Shown: one piece after another, positions 1 to 12,821 of the stretch | Position numbering within the stretch: the stretch's first letter is position 1 | Layout: each line of letters begins with the position of its first letter | Position numbers and translations under genes: made by a program | The notes under the pieces: model-generated | Seen by the model: the letters and a program-made list of their open reading frames with translations, nothing else | What the model was told of the DNA's origin: nothing | Database searches by the model: none | Assembly: GCA_951406725.2 (NCBI GenBank) | Contig: OX597836.1 | Location: forward strand, 26,040,001-26,104,000 | DNA: 64,000 nucleotides | Source of the DNA: Octopus vulgaris | Lineage: Eukaryota | Reading direction: 5' to 3'

Positions 1-27
1 TATGTATACATAGTGGTTATAGTGGTA

Positions 28-310
28 CTCTGCCTGTTACGACGACGAGGGTTCCAGTTGATTCGATCAATAGAACAGCCTTCTCCTAAAACTAATGTTC
101 ACGTGACTGAGCACTCCACAGACACGCGTACCTTTAACGTAGTCTTCAGGAAGATTCAGCGTGGCACAGAATGTGGCAAGGCGGGCCCATTGAATTACAG
201 GTACAACTTACTTTCACCAGCTGAGTGAACTACAGCAACGTGAAACAAAGTGTCTTGCTCAAGGACACAAGGCTCTGCCGGGAATCGAACTCATGTCCCT
301 ACTTTCGTTG
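28..310 (-). mobile_element. tRNA-derived SINE (family D head with the GTCGTCGTAAC-type tail)
   Basis: The minus strand has a box B-like GAGTTCGATTCCC followed by CCTTGAGCAAGACAC (CORE-like). The tail ...GGAACCCTCGTCGTCGTAAC is shared with 6640-6942 and 62661-63020. Confidence 0.8.
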
Positions 311-495
311 CCTTATAGTTGTTTCTGCTATAAGATGTCGCACATTAACATAGCTCTCAGTGCAATGCATTTTACTGTATACATAATAGTAAGCTGATGA
401 AAGTGATTACGTAATTCTGCTCTTTTGGCCGTCATTAGGTGACTTTATGCCCTGTACACACTTGACGCTTTACTCTAAAGCATAATTATAGAAAA

Positions 496-532
496 CTATT
501 GAAAAGGTTGCAACACGCAACGAAAATTTTAG
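496..532 (+). ncRNA. Hammerhead ribozyme-like motif, minimal type I, U3-A8 variant
   Basis: CTA-TTGAAAA-G-GTTGC(aacac)GCAAC-GAAAATTT-TAG: 3-bp stem I, 5-bp stem II, loopless palindromic stem III (AATT). The UUU cleavage triplet is unfavourable. Confidence 0.5.
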
Positions 533-603
533 GACAAGAAAAAATAAGAAATAAGTGGAAATTTTACCGGTGCGTGTGTTAAATAATAAGGCACAAAAAG
601 AAA

Positions 604-730
604 ATGACTCTCCCCAGACACAACAGAATATGCTTCAACACACGAACTCATATAAAGAATCTTGCAAACCAAATCCAAAAACGAAATATAATTATTGAAG
701 TCATCTGGCAAGACGGAACAATCATCGTGT
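604..730 (+). pseudogene. Truncated ORF start of a repeat-borne protein (MTLPRHNRICFNTRTHIKNLANQIQKR)
   Basis: The peptide recurs at 55232 and about 14490 with mostly synonymous differences. It is cut off downstream by a degenerate SINE B. Confidence 0.6.
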
Positions 731-737
731 ATATATG

Positions 738-900
738 TAGGCAGAATATGGTCAAATGGTTAGGAAATTCGCTTCGCAAGGTCCCGAGTTCGACCTCATT
801 ACGTAGCATATTGAGCAAGTGTCATTTGCAATAGCCTCGAGTCGGCTCAAGGCTTGTGAGTGAAATATAATACACGGAAACTATGTAGCAGTCTATCTGC
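738..900 (+). mobile_element. Degenerate SINE family B
   Basis: Diverged match to the B copies at 4615 and 41366 (GAGTTCGACCTC, TTGAGCAAGTGTC, CTTGTGAGTG, ACGGAAACT). Confidence 0.65.
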
Positions 901-1439
901 TGGATTATACCTTTTTATCAAAGGACCAACTTTACATCACACTCAATGATGTTGGTATCACCTGAGAATTACAATAACGGCACCTGTGTCTGCGGAATAC
1001 CCAAACACTCTAATTCAATGAACCTGGCAGCTCTGTTGACCAAACAGCGAAATATCACAACTAGCCATTTTTAACTGAGATATCTGTATATACCTATATG
1101 TAAGTGTAAACACGATTTCCTCTAATCGCGGACACCATTCAAGGTTGCCGGCACAATTAATTCACTGTATTCATCCATTCTACTATTTCATTATTCTTTC
1201 ATTCTTGTTCTGTTATCGTCCAGCAAGGTGGTATTGTGGCAGTAGGCTATAGTATGTATATTGAACATCGACTGAACAGCAGTGTGAAGAATGTGTTAAT
1301 AGCGAACTTGACTTCTGTATGTCAACACTACGAAAGAAGCTTCAACAGTGCATCGGGGATCGCTCGGCATACACAGGTAGATGGCTGATCATATAAACAG
1401 CGGTGCCTGAACGTAAAGATACCTATACGCATGAAAATA

Positions 1440-1840
1440 TACACCACACACATATAAGCATGTATGTGTGTATATGGCTATATATATATAACTAATATAT
1501 ACACATATATATGTATGTATATATGTATACAATTATATATATATATACATGCACATAGACATCCTCACGTATATTTACATGTATATATATATATATATAC
1601 ACGCAAACAGACACACACATATTCATATGTCTGTATTCACACGTGTATATCTGTGAGTGTATGCGTGCATGTATATGCTTGTTTGTTATTTATAAATATA
1701 TGCAAACTTCTATCTATGTATAAATGCTAACATCCATGAACACTAGTATGTATATAAGCATGCATGTATATATGTGTGTGTATGCGTGAGAGAAAGAGTG
1801 TGTGTGCTCACACACACTCACATACACTCTCTCTCACTCA

Positions 1841-1910
<70 letters not shown>

Positions 1911-2239
1911 CGCGCACACCTATTTTCAAATAACATTTCTAGGTCGATCTATAATTCGCCGAACTATACATATATAAATATTTAAAATGTTTATTTTGCC
2001 AGAGTCAACACACTGCGGCTATACAAAACATTTCAAATAGAACACGACAGCTATAGACATGCATTCATATATGTATATATGTATGTATGCGTGTAGATAT
2101 TTATATATATGTGTTTGTGTGTGTGTTTACGTATATATATATATATATATATATAATACACTCACAAATATATATATACATACATACATATATATTTTTT
2201 TTATATGCATATACATATATTTATATATATACATATATA

Positions 2240-2285
<46 letters not shown>

Positions 2286-2414
2286 CATATATACATATAT
2301 AAATGTATATATATATATTTATATGCATATATATATATATACATACATATATCCATGAACACACACACATACACACACACACACACACACATATATATAC
2401 ATATATATATTTAT

Positions 2415-2475
<61 letters not shown>
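1440..2475. repeat. Compound microsatellite block (TA, CA/TG, CT)
   Basis: Directly visible dinucleotide tracts. The ORFs here are YI/CV/LS repeats. Confidence 0.97.
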
Positions 2476-2478
<3 letters not shown>

Positions 2479-3802
2479 GCTTTTTGTGGTGATTCCTGCT
2501 TCCCGCCGTCTGTGTTTTTATTTGAGAACTGGATGAACATCAAAAGCTGTCCTCCATTCTTCGTTTGAATATTTTGTTTACATTTTACCGTTTTTCTTTA
2601 CGCTTGCTATTTTTTTATTGTTTTTTGTTTTTTTTGTTTTTTTTCGAAAGGGTTCTTTGCAATAACGTTCGACGGTTTTACAAAGCGGAAATCTACGACC
2701 ATTCAATAAATACCTGCGGTGATAGGTTATTAAATAAGTCTTATATTACCATTTCTAATGATTAAACAAAAGGATAAATACACAGTCAGAAACGATTAAA
2801 TAAAACTGCAGCCGACATTAGTTCAACAAATCCTACACTCCACATCGTTTCAACATATCAATGGTTTCTAGCAACGGTTAAACAAAAGATGAACCCACAG
2901 CAGTCAGTAGCGAAATAGTATACGGCATTTAAATGTTTCTAGGGAATGAAGGTTTCGAAGAAATCTACGGTTTGAAATGTGGAACGTATTTTTAAAACCT
3001 ATATAACCTCGGTCACTGTGACACAGTAAAACGTTTTGTGATTTCCTGAAGTCACAAACAGACAATCAGTCATTCATTTTCTTTTTATATTCCTATCATT
3101 TACATCATTGCACGAGATGACGACAGAGGGCAGTTGTACCGCACAGGTCATGCAAGGCCCACGGAAGAGAGCTGCTTGGTACATACACGAGGATGTTCTG
3201 CTGCTGCTGCTGACGGTGATGATGTTATTGTTGTGGCTACTGCTGGTACTGCTGCTACTTCTGCTGCTGTTACTGCTGCTGCTGCTGCTGCTGCCGTGGC
3301 TGCACATACATGCATCATTGAGTGACTCTAAATGATGGACAATCGATTGATTGTCAATGATTCATTCACCTATTTGCTACAACCAATCGCTCATCGCCAC
3401 GCCGTTTCCTGTCATCCTCTCTTCTGCCATTATGGCCACGGCCATTATGGCCACGGCCATTGGCCACTGACCACTGGTCACTCATCACCGCTCGTTGTAC
3501 TTCTGAACTCGAACTCGTGATCTATATAACCATGCCGCTTGCGTCTATCCAAGCCAAACGACGATTCTCTCTTCTACTCGTCACCCTTACGGTTTCTGAT
3601 ATCCCTCCCAGTAGAAGCTCCGGACATTTCCCCTGTTCCATCAACTCCAACACAGAGTAGGTGGAAGCAAAGCTGTGCAGTAAGAAGTTTGCTTCCCAAC
3701 CACTTTGTTCCGGGTTCAATCTCATTGTGAGACAACATGGGCAACGGTATTCTATTGATCTGGTAATCGGTAACTGAAAGAAGCCCGTTGTATTTGTATG
3801 TG

Positions 3803-3849
<47 letters not shown>

Positions 3850-3851
<2 letters not shown>

Positions 3852-4073
3852 TCATCATCATCATCATCATCATTTAGCGTCTGCTTTCCATGCTAGCATG
3901 GGTTGGACGGTTCAACTGGGTTCTGTGAAGCCGGAAGGCCGCATCAGGCCCAGTCTGATCTGGCAGTGTTTCTACGGTTGGATGCCCTTCCTAACGCCAA
4001 CCACTCCGTGAGTGTAGTGGGTTCTTTTTACGTGCCACCCGCACAGGTGCCAGACGGAGCTGGCAAACGGCCA

Positions 4074-4076
<3 letters not shown>
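3850..4076 (-). mobile_element. 3' part of a SINE with a (GAT)n tail
   Basis: The minus strand has GGTTGGCGTTAGGAAGGGCATCCAACCGTAGAAAC, a central motif common in invertebrate SINEs. It ends in (GAT)n and is flanked by (TA)n. Confidence 0.7.
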
Positions 4077-4109
<33 letters not shown>

Positions 4110-4178
4110 CAGGGTGAATACTTGATAACTGTAAGCACCTGTATATGCCAGTTAGTGGTGTAGATGATAGGGTATATT

Positions 4179-4303
4179 TATCAAAAGAAAAACAGGATGC
4201 AAAGGATTTACATACATATTACATCAATTATGCATTGATATAAACTGTCTAATAAAGCCAGAAACATATGTACCGCTAAATCCTTTGCATCCTGTTTTTC
4301 TTT

Positions 4304-4308
<5 letters not shown>
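4179..4308. repeat. Perfect 32-bp inverted repeat
   Basis: TATCAAAAGAAAAACAGGATGCAAAGGATTTA at 4179-4210 and its reverse complement at 4277-4308. Confidence 0.95.
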
Positions 4309-4356
<48 letters not shown>

Positions 4357-4408
4357 CGTGTGTATATATATATGTGTGTGTGTGTGTGTGTTTATGTATA
4401 TATATATC

Positions 4409-4487
<79 letters not shown>

Positions 4488-4614
4488 TCTATATAAATTC
4501 CCTACTGGGAAGGACCAACTTTAAGAGAATCTTACATTGCTTATAAACTTTGCATTTGGATGGACTCATATTAAACTCTGTTGGACTTTTGGATTTTACT
4601 CAAAGGATATTGTA

Positions 4615-4992
4615 TGAAGAATGGCTGTGTGGTAAGAAGTTTGCCACCCAACCACATGGTTGCAGGTTCAGTCCCACTGCGTGGCACTTTGGGCAAGTGT
4701 CTTCTACAATAGCCATGGGTCCAGCAAAGCGTTGTGAGTGGAATTGGTAGTACACGGAAACTGAAAGAAACCCATCGTACACGTGTGTGTCTGTCTGTCT
4801 GTCTGTGCCACAACCAGTGCTGGTATGATTACGTCCACGTAACTTAGAGGTTCGGCAAAAAAGACTGATAGAAAAAGTGCCTGACTTACAAAAATAATAA
4901 TAAGCACTGGGATCGATTCCTTCAACTCAAAATTCGTCAAGGCGGTGCCCCAGCATGGCCGCTGTGAAATGAATGAAACGAGTAAAATATAA
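4615..4992 (+). mobile_element. SINE family B, near full length (tRNA head, CORE-like segment, internal microsatellite, LINE-like tail)
   Basis: Box A TGGCTGTGTGG, box B GGTTCAGTCCC, TTGGGCAAGTGTCTT, tail GGCGGTGCCCCAGCATGGCC. Further copies at about 3660, 11580(-), 11735, 31293, 35747, 41366, 48590(-) and 56389. Confidence 0.9.
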
Positions 4993-4994
4993 AA

Positions 4995-5380
4995 GCTATT
5001 TGCAAACTTTGGTAGTGCTTCTTCTCTGTCAACGATTTCATCAAACTCAATCTTGCCGAGTTCTCTTCTAATGCTTTCGTTTGCTTCCGTGGTTCTTTCG
5101 CTATTATTCTCTTCAAATATTTTGTCATATCTATTTTGATGTTCTCCAAAGCAGATCGACACTTCGCTCAGTTTTCTATATCGCTATTCTCAGTTATTCT
5201 TTGTTCAACTTCCGAGTTGTTCTAATTTACTACCCTTACAATACGTTCGTTGCCTATCGTTGTTGTTGTTACTTCTTCATTGTTATCCGATAATATTATT
5301 CCTGAATTGACACTCCTCGATGCAAATCCGTCTCGGAGCTGTCAACACTGTGATAGAACCGTTTTAAAAGACACACTATC
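4995..5380 (-). pseudogene. Highly decayed RTE-like LINE reverse transcriptase (RT) C-terminal remnant
   Basis: The fragments SETDLHR, RITENSDIEN*AKCRSAL and LSLMKSLTEKK resemble RTE ORF segments in the expected order. Multiple stops and frameshifts. Confidence 0.4.
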
Positions 5381-5429
5381 CCATAATGCCATTCTCCATA
5401 CAATCACTTGCTTGTAACCTCTCAGCTAT

Positions 5430-5483
5430 CATCCTCATCCTCACCATTATCATCGTTTATTATTATTATTATCATCATTATTA

Positions 5484-5532
<49 letters not shown>

Positions 5533-5551
5533 CGTCATTATTATTATTATT

Positions 5552-5589
<38 letters not shown>

Positions 5590-5739
5590 TATTATTATTA
5601 ATATTATTATTATTATTATTATCATTATATCCTAAAAGGATTGACGTAACACCTCACAAAGATAAATATTAATATTAACATTATTATTACTATTATTATA
5701 ATTTGTTCAATAGTCATGATTTTATTATATGCTTCATCA

Positions 5740-5801
<62 letters not shown>

Positions 5802-6000
5802 ATTATTATTATTATTATTATCATTGTTGTTGTTATTGTTGTTATTATTATTACTATTATAAGGAAATTCGAATATGTGTGTTTTTGTGTATGCGTATTT
5901 GTGGTGTGTGTCCGTGTTTGTCTTTGTCTGTGTGTGTGTGCTTGGGTGTGTGTGTGTGTGTGTTTGTGACAGAGAGACAGGCAGAGAGAGAGAGAGAGAA
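5430..6000. repeat. (TAT)n/(CAT)n/(TGT)n and TG/GA microsatellites
   Basis: Directly visible. Confidence 0.97.
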
Positions 6001-6227
6001 ATATGTGAGGAAAGAGTAAAAGAGAAAGAAGGTGAAAAGTGGTGAGAGAGATGGGGTAGAGAGATTGAGAAGTGAATAACAGATTTAAATTGTGATTCTT
6101 TTATGGCAGTGTTAAAGTGAAGTGATTGGTAATTGTAAAGAAATCAATAACAGCTAATAATACCAAGTATATGTAAACAGTTCAGAATTAGATGTTAACA
6201 ACACACATAGACACACACACACACACA

Positions 6228-6273
<46 letters not shown>

Positions 6274-6472
6274 GACACACACACAAACACACAAACAGAT
6301 ATCGGCAGGCACGCTTATGTGTGTGAATATATGTATGTATATATATATATATAAATCACATATACATGTACACCATACGTACATATATATGTATATGTGT
6401 ATATTTCAACTGGTGCATATATGTGTGTGTGTACGTGCGTGCGTGTGCATGTGTGTTTGTACGGATAGAGAT

Positions 6473-6585
<113 letters not shown>

Positions 6586-6639
6586 CAGACAGACATACAT
6601 AGATAGCTAGATAGATAGATAGATTTAGGCACATATCGA

Positions 6640-6942
6640 GGCACTCCGTCGGTTACGACGACGAGGGTTCCAGTTCATTTGATCAAGGGAACAACCAACT
6701 CGTAAAATTAACATGCAAACGGCTGAGTACTCCACAGACACGTGTACCCTTAACGTAGTTCTCAAGGGGATTCAGCGTGTCACAAACGTGACAAGGCAGG
6801 TAGAACGCATTTTTGCCAGCTGAGCTGACTGGAACAACATAGAATGAAATGTCTTGCACAGGGCACCAGGCACGGAAGGGAATCGAACTCTCAACCTTAC
6901 GATCGCGATCCGCATACCCTAACCACTAAGCCATGCACCTTC
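6640..6942 (-). mobile_element. tRNA-derived SINE (D-like head, GTCGTCGTAAC tail)
   Basis: Minus strand box A TGGCTTAGTGG and box B GAGTTCGATTCCC. Homologous to 28-310. Confidence 0.85.
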
Positions 6943-6957
6943 ACATAGATAGATATG

Positions 6958-6998
<41 letters not shown>

Positions 6999-7264
6999 GC
7001 GTATGTATGCATATAAACCACTACTGCTACCACATTCACCACTCCCAACACCAACATCTCTACCCACATCATACATGTGTCTGTGAGTGTGGGTGTGAGT
7101 ATGAGTGTGTGTGCGTGTGAACACACACACACACATATATATGTATATACACTTGGCTGTAATTACAGATCATAAGGGATTATGAGAGCAATGTTGCATA
7201 TGAGTGGCAAATATGAAAGAATATGAAAGAGAAGGAGATTGGTTGATACTGTCACACTGATGTC

Positions 7265-7371
<107 letters not shown>

Positions 7372-7606
7372 TATACATATATATATATACACATATATAT
7401 ATACATATATATACATATATATATGTGTGTGTGTATATACGTAGGTATATGCATATACATACATATATATATATACATATATATATATGTGTGTGTGTGT
7501 GTGTATGTATATATATATATATGCACACACACACACATTTAATATATTTATCTCTCACTGTATGTAATACTCTTTCTGTTGATCCTACCAATAACGGAAT
7601 AGTGCA

Positions 7607-7651
<45 letters not shown>

Positions 7652-8179
7652 AATTTGGTTGAAATGAGAAGTATGTAGAAATGATGGCGCCAATGATAAT
7701 GCAATTTGTGTATGATTGTGTGTATCTGGGGGTGGAGGATACGAAAATTCTCAATTTAAAGATCAAGGAGACCAGAAGTCGAAAGAGGCCTCTATACCAG
7801 TTAAAGATAACCATGGTGTAACTATAAACAGGCGGTTTCAATGAAAGATCGTCGTCAGTGATTTTGGTAGATAGCGTTTGATGAGATTTTGAATGTTTGT
7901 CGTGCGTTGTTGATGGAATTGTGCTGCGACTGATGTTGTTGTTGTTATTGCTGTTATTCAGCCTTAGATCAGCCCTGATCGAGTAGGCTGACGATGAAAA
8001 TTTCTGGCTATGAACAAATTTCTGGCATAGGGTAGTTCGTTTTATATTATTCAAAGCGCACTTTCTTTTTGTTAAGATGGTAGGGTGTGATTTGACTGCT
8101 GTTTCTATCAGACTAGAGTGACCACATGCAAAGTCCATCCTTAGACTGTCAAAACGATGGGTACTATGATGCGTATTGA

Positions 8180-8640
8180 TAATGTTGAAAAACCTTAGGT
8201 TATTAAATCTCGCACTATAGGCTGTTTCTAAGGTTTGTGTATATAGGAACAGTCTATGTCTAGCGAGGAGTGTCCAGGTGGCTTGGAGGGGACCGATGTT
8301 TGTTGAATATTAGATAGGAGAAACAGGAGGAATCATCTGCATCGGAATTTACGATTAACAACAAGACCGGACGCAGCATTAATGTGTAGAGGGGTGAAGA
8401 GAAGAAACAAAGGAATTCTGACAATGCAATAGAAATGAAAGAAAGTGGTGGGTGAGAGAGGGAGAGGGAGAGAGAAAGAGTCAGAGACAGACGGAAGGAA
8501 AGACAGGTAGACAGGGAAAGACGGGGAAAAGGATCGGCCATAGCATGCTTTTGCAAAACGATATCGTGGGAGGAAATCTCTTTGCCAAGAGGTGCCAAAT
8601 TGACAGAAGTTGAGACGTATCGAATTATTTAAGATCTTAT
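8180..8640 (-). pseudogene. Decayed CR1/L2-like LINE RT remnant
   Basis: LRPVLLLIVNSDADDSS resembles the LSPxLFLLFIN...SYADDS region of LINE RT. Interrupted by a GA tract. Confidence 0.4.
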
Positions 8641-8938
8641 TTCCGAAACATAGTCGAAGACTTAGTGCTGTGATGAATTACAGGAATAAATTCGCTGGAT
8701 TTCTTACGTACTCCAGACGAGTGGTGTGAGGCGGGAAAGACCAAATGAACACATTAGGGGTGGTTCTACAGAAGCTCCACACTGTGATCACTGAGAAGGA
8801 AAAGAGCGACTGGCCATAATGAAGAATGTGGTTTCTTAATAAGACTGTTTCCGTCAAATATTTTAAGGTGTTGCAATGAATCTGGTAAGACAATAGTTAT
8901 CTGGTTAGACAAGGTTGCCCATTTAGAGAGGTGAAACC

Positions 8939-9170
8939 TATTTCTTTACTACCTACAATGGGCTAAACACAGAGGGGACAAACAAGGACAGACATAGGTA
9001 TTAAGTCGATTATATCGACCCCAGTACGAAACTGGTACTTAATTATCGACCCCGAAAGGATGAAAAGCAAAGTCGACCTCGGCGGAATTTGAACTCGGAA
9101 CGTAACGGCAGACGAAATACGGCTACGCATTTCGCCCGGTGTGCTAATGTTTCTGCCAGCTCGCCGCCTT
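8939..9170 (-). mobile_element. SINE family A (A1 tail), full length with TSD
   Basis: Head AAGGCGGCGAGCTGGCAGAAAC and box B GAGTTCAAATTCC. 13-bp TSD GAGAGGTGAAACC at 8926-8938 and 9174-9186. Confidence 0.95.
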
Positions 9171-9519
9171 TGTGAGAGGTGAAACCGTGTGATGATTCCA
9201 TAGATTGTGGATAGAGATACAGATACACAGAAAGACCGAAGAGTTTAAAGAGAGCAGAGTCTACCTTTGTGGGATGCTGTTTGAAAGTAACAGATAGGAG
9301 TAATTACCTGGTTGATAAGAACAATCAAAGGAGGACCCACAAGAGACCAACTCAGCATAAAGAAGGACTTTCTCTTTGTGTTTATGTTTGTGTTTTTTCT
9401 TCGTATCCCTAGAATGCTGGTGAAGGATTGGTTGATCCACTATTCTAAAGATCCTTTCTCAGACCCTTATCTGCGGCGATCGCCTGCGGGAAATAAGTTA
9501 CATATTACATATCACTTTC

Positions 9520-9860
9520 TACTACAGATGCAAGGCCTGAAAATTTGGATGAAGGATTTGGTCGAATAATCGAACCCAGTCTTTAAAAGACAAAGTTGAC
9601 CTCAACCGGATTTGAACACAAAACATAAAGCTTATTTATATTACATCTTGTTTTCAAAGTATTAGTACAAAGCGAGCAATTTCGGAGAAGGGGGTAAGTC
9701 GATTACATTGACCCCAACACTCAACTGATACTTATTTTATCGGCCCCGAAAGATAGAATCAACCTCGGGGGGATTTGAACCCAGAATGTAAATATGCACG
9801 ACATGCCATTAAGAATTTTACTCGGTGCGGTAGCGATCCTGTCAGCTCGACATCCTACTT
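9520..9860 (-). mobile_element. Two degenerate SINE A2 copies
   Basis: Diverged ATTTGAAC, TACTTATTTTATCG and A2 tail motifs. Confidence 0.7.
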
Positions 9861-9882
9861 ATTATATTAAATATTGAACAGT

Positions 9883-10230
9883 AAGGCGGCGAGCTGACAG
9901 AAACGTTAGCACGCCGGGTGAAATGCGTAGCCGTATTTCGTCTGCCGTTACGTCCTGAGTTCAAATTCCGCCGAGGTCGACTTTACCTTTCATCCTTTCG
10001 GGGTCGATAAATTAAGTACCAGTTACGCACTGGGGTCGATGAAATCGACTTAATCCGTTTATTTGCCCTTGTTTGTCCCCTCTGTGTTTAGCCCCTTGTG
10101 GGTAGTAAAGAAATAGGTATTTCGACTGCCGTTACGTTCTGAGTTCAAATTCCGCCGAGGTCAACTTTGCCTTTCATCCTTTCGGGGACAATAAATTAAG
10201 TACTAGATGCGTACTGGGGTCGATCTAATT
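9883..10230 (+). mobile_element. SINE A tandem dimer
   Basis: A full A1 (9883-10115) is followed by a unit that re-enters at GGTATTTCG (10116). Confidence 0.92.
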
Positions 10231-10255
10231 CACTTCATAATTGCCCAAAGAAATA

Positions 10256-10472
10256 TGGCATATTGGTTAAGGGCGCGGGATACTAACCCCAAGATTCCGA
10301 GTTCGATTCCAAGCAATGATAATAACAGTATCGAAAAATACCTTAAGAATGAGAACAAAGGTTCGAAATTTCCCTAAGACACCTGAAGAAGGCTGGAGGG
10401 TATATCAGCCGAAACGTTGTGTTAACAACAAACAAGATGAGGACAAATACCCGTCAAATGTAAATAATGTAC
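10256..10472 (+). mobile_element. tRNA-headed short element containing a hammerhead motif
   Basis: Box A TGGCATATTGG 10256-10266, box B GTTCGATTCC 10301-10310, hammerhead at 10378-10423. Confidence 0.75.
10378..10423 (+). ncRNA. Minimal type I hammerhead ribozyme motif
   Basis: GACAC-CTGAAGA-A-GGCTG(gagggtatat)CAGCC-GAAACGTT-GTGTT. Stems I and II are 5 bp each and stem III is the loopless palindrome ACGT. Predicted cleavage after GUU (10418). Confidence 0.8.
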
Positions 10473-10631
10473 ATTGACCCTAGTTTTCAACTGGTACTTA
10501 TGTAATCGACCCCGAAAGGATGAAAGACAAAGTCGACCTCGGTGGAATTTGAACTCAGAACATAAAGCCAGACGAAATGTCGCTAAGCATTTTGTCCGCC
10601 GTGCTAACGACTCTGCAAGCCCGTCGCCCTT
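10472..10631 (-). mobile_element. SINE A, 3' truncated
   Basis: Matches the family A head and core. Confidence 0.85.
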
Positions 10632-11159
10632 GCACTCAGTTGTATAATGTTTTTTTTTCCCAGTGCTGAGAGTAGGAGTTACGGTTTCGGACCTGACGAG
10701 AGCTGATCAAGCAAAATTGGCACAGGGGACAAGTGATCGATTAGTGATTGGTGATTGGTTAACCAAAACTGACATTACAAGACTTGAGACAAATATGTAT
10801 ATATTCATTATTTAAATTTCTTCTGTCTTGTGTATGTGAACGTGTAAAAGTGCATGTGTGTGTACGTGCATATATATGTGTGTATCTGTAGAATCTTTTA
10901 CCATTTATCGTTTATCTTTGTCTTTCGGTCATTGAATTGCGGCCCTGCTGGGGCACTGCATTGAAGGGTTTTAGTTGACCCAATTTCGTTTTCATTCTTT
11001 TCTAAAAGACTAGTATTTATTCGATTGGTCTTTTTTGCCGAACCCTCAAGTTACAGGAGCATATACAAACCAACACCGGTTGGCAAGCGGCAGTGTGGAA
11101 CATGCACAAACCACAAAGACAGACAGACAGTTAGACACACAAACACACACACACACACG

Positions 11160-11204
<45 letters not shown>

Positions 11205-11552
11205 CCGTTCTACAAAGAAGAAGAATTGACCGATGTATACACTAAAACCGTTTCCTATGCAAAAGACGCGAAGCGACATGTGACACCTACTTTTTCCTGG
11301 TTCCTTTTCTATGTTCTCATTTTTGCTGTCTAGGTTTATGTAAATTAAATGTGTCAAACACACCTTTATAATATGTATAACAATGAAAACATCTATTCCG
11401 TGGAAACGAATATATATAGATATATAATAGAAGGGGCACACCAAGAGAAGATGAAAGGCTAAGTCGGCTTAGTATGAACGGGCTTCATATAAATATACAG
11501 AAAATATTGACTCGTTTTCAACTTCACGCTCAGTATTTTTAAGATATATATA

Positions 11553-11586
<34 letters not shown>

Positions 11587-12134
11587 CGCATGACTGATTT
11601 CTTTCAGCTTCCATGTGCCAAATTCTCTCAAAAGACTTTATTCGACCAAGGAGCTATAGTAGATCAGATGGCGCTTACCGGGACTGGTTGAAAAGCAAAT
11701 TTCTTAATACACAACCCAACCTGCACTTATAGCACGGCGGAAGGGTTCAGAAGTTTGCTTTGTAGTTATGAGTTCTTTGTTCCGATTCTGCAGCTAGGCA
11801 TTTTCGTCAAGAGACATACATATCGACCCATACAAACCTTGTGAGTGATATTGGGTAGGTAGAAACTGCGTGGAAGACTGTGGTACAGTCTTGTTACACT
11901 GTACTATTTGGTGTCCAAGTGGAATTAGAAACGACTTCGACGTTAACTGAATGCTCCTACGAGTTTTGTTGATCGAAGATGTAGGCAGCCATCTTTTCAA
12001 GGCAAATCCTGTGAGCCTCTGGTCTACATGTACTCTCTACAGCAATTTACACCAGTGATTCTATCATAGAACTGCGGCAGCTTTAAGCATCCGGTACGAG
12101 GCCAGGATGCAATAAATTTTAGCTAATCTCATTC

Positions 12135-12736
12135 CTTTCTTCAATTGGCACAAAGCCTCAAATTTCAGGAGAGAGAGTAAGTGGATTACATCGACCCCAG
12201 GGCTCAAATGGTGCTTATTTTATCGACCCGTAAAGGATGACAGGCAAAGTCGACGCCGGCAGGATTTGAACTCAGAACGTAAAGTCGGATGAAAAGTATC
12301 GTTAAGTATTTTGCTCGGTGTGCTAACGATTCTGCCAGCTTGTCACATTTTTATTATTCTTTTCTACTCTAGGCACAAAGCCCGAAATCTATGGGGAGGG
12401 GGCCAATCGATTAGATCGACTCCAGTACGCAACTGATACTCAATTTATCCACCCCGAAAGGATGAAAAGCAAAGTCGACTTCGACGGAATTTGAATTCAG
12501 AGCGTAAAGACAGATGAAATACCTATTTCTTTATTACCCACAAGGGGCTAAACATAGAGAGGACAAACAAGGACAGACATAGGCATTAAGTCGATCACAT
12601 CGACCCCAGTGCGTAACTGGTACTTAATTTATCGACCCCGAAAGGATGAAAGGCAAAGTCGACCTCGACGGAATTTGAATTCAGAGCGTAAAGACAGATG
12701 AAATACCGCTAAGCATCTCGTCCGGCGTGCTAGCGT
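12135..12736 (-). mobile_element. SINE A cluster: an A2 copy plus an A1-A2 dimer
   Basis: Three A cores on the minus strand. Dimer junction GAAATACC/TATTTC at 12523. Confidence 0.92.
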
Positions 12737-12821
12737 TTCTTCCAGCTGGCTGCCTTCGCGTTCTTATTATTAAATGACGATTCTTCCAGGCTCGCTACTC
12801 CTATTATTCAATTAAATCAAA

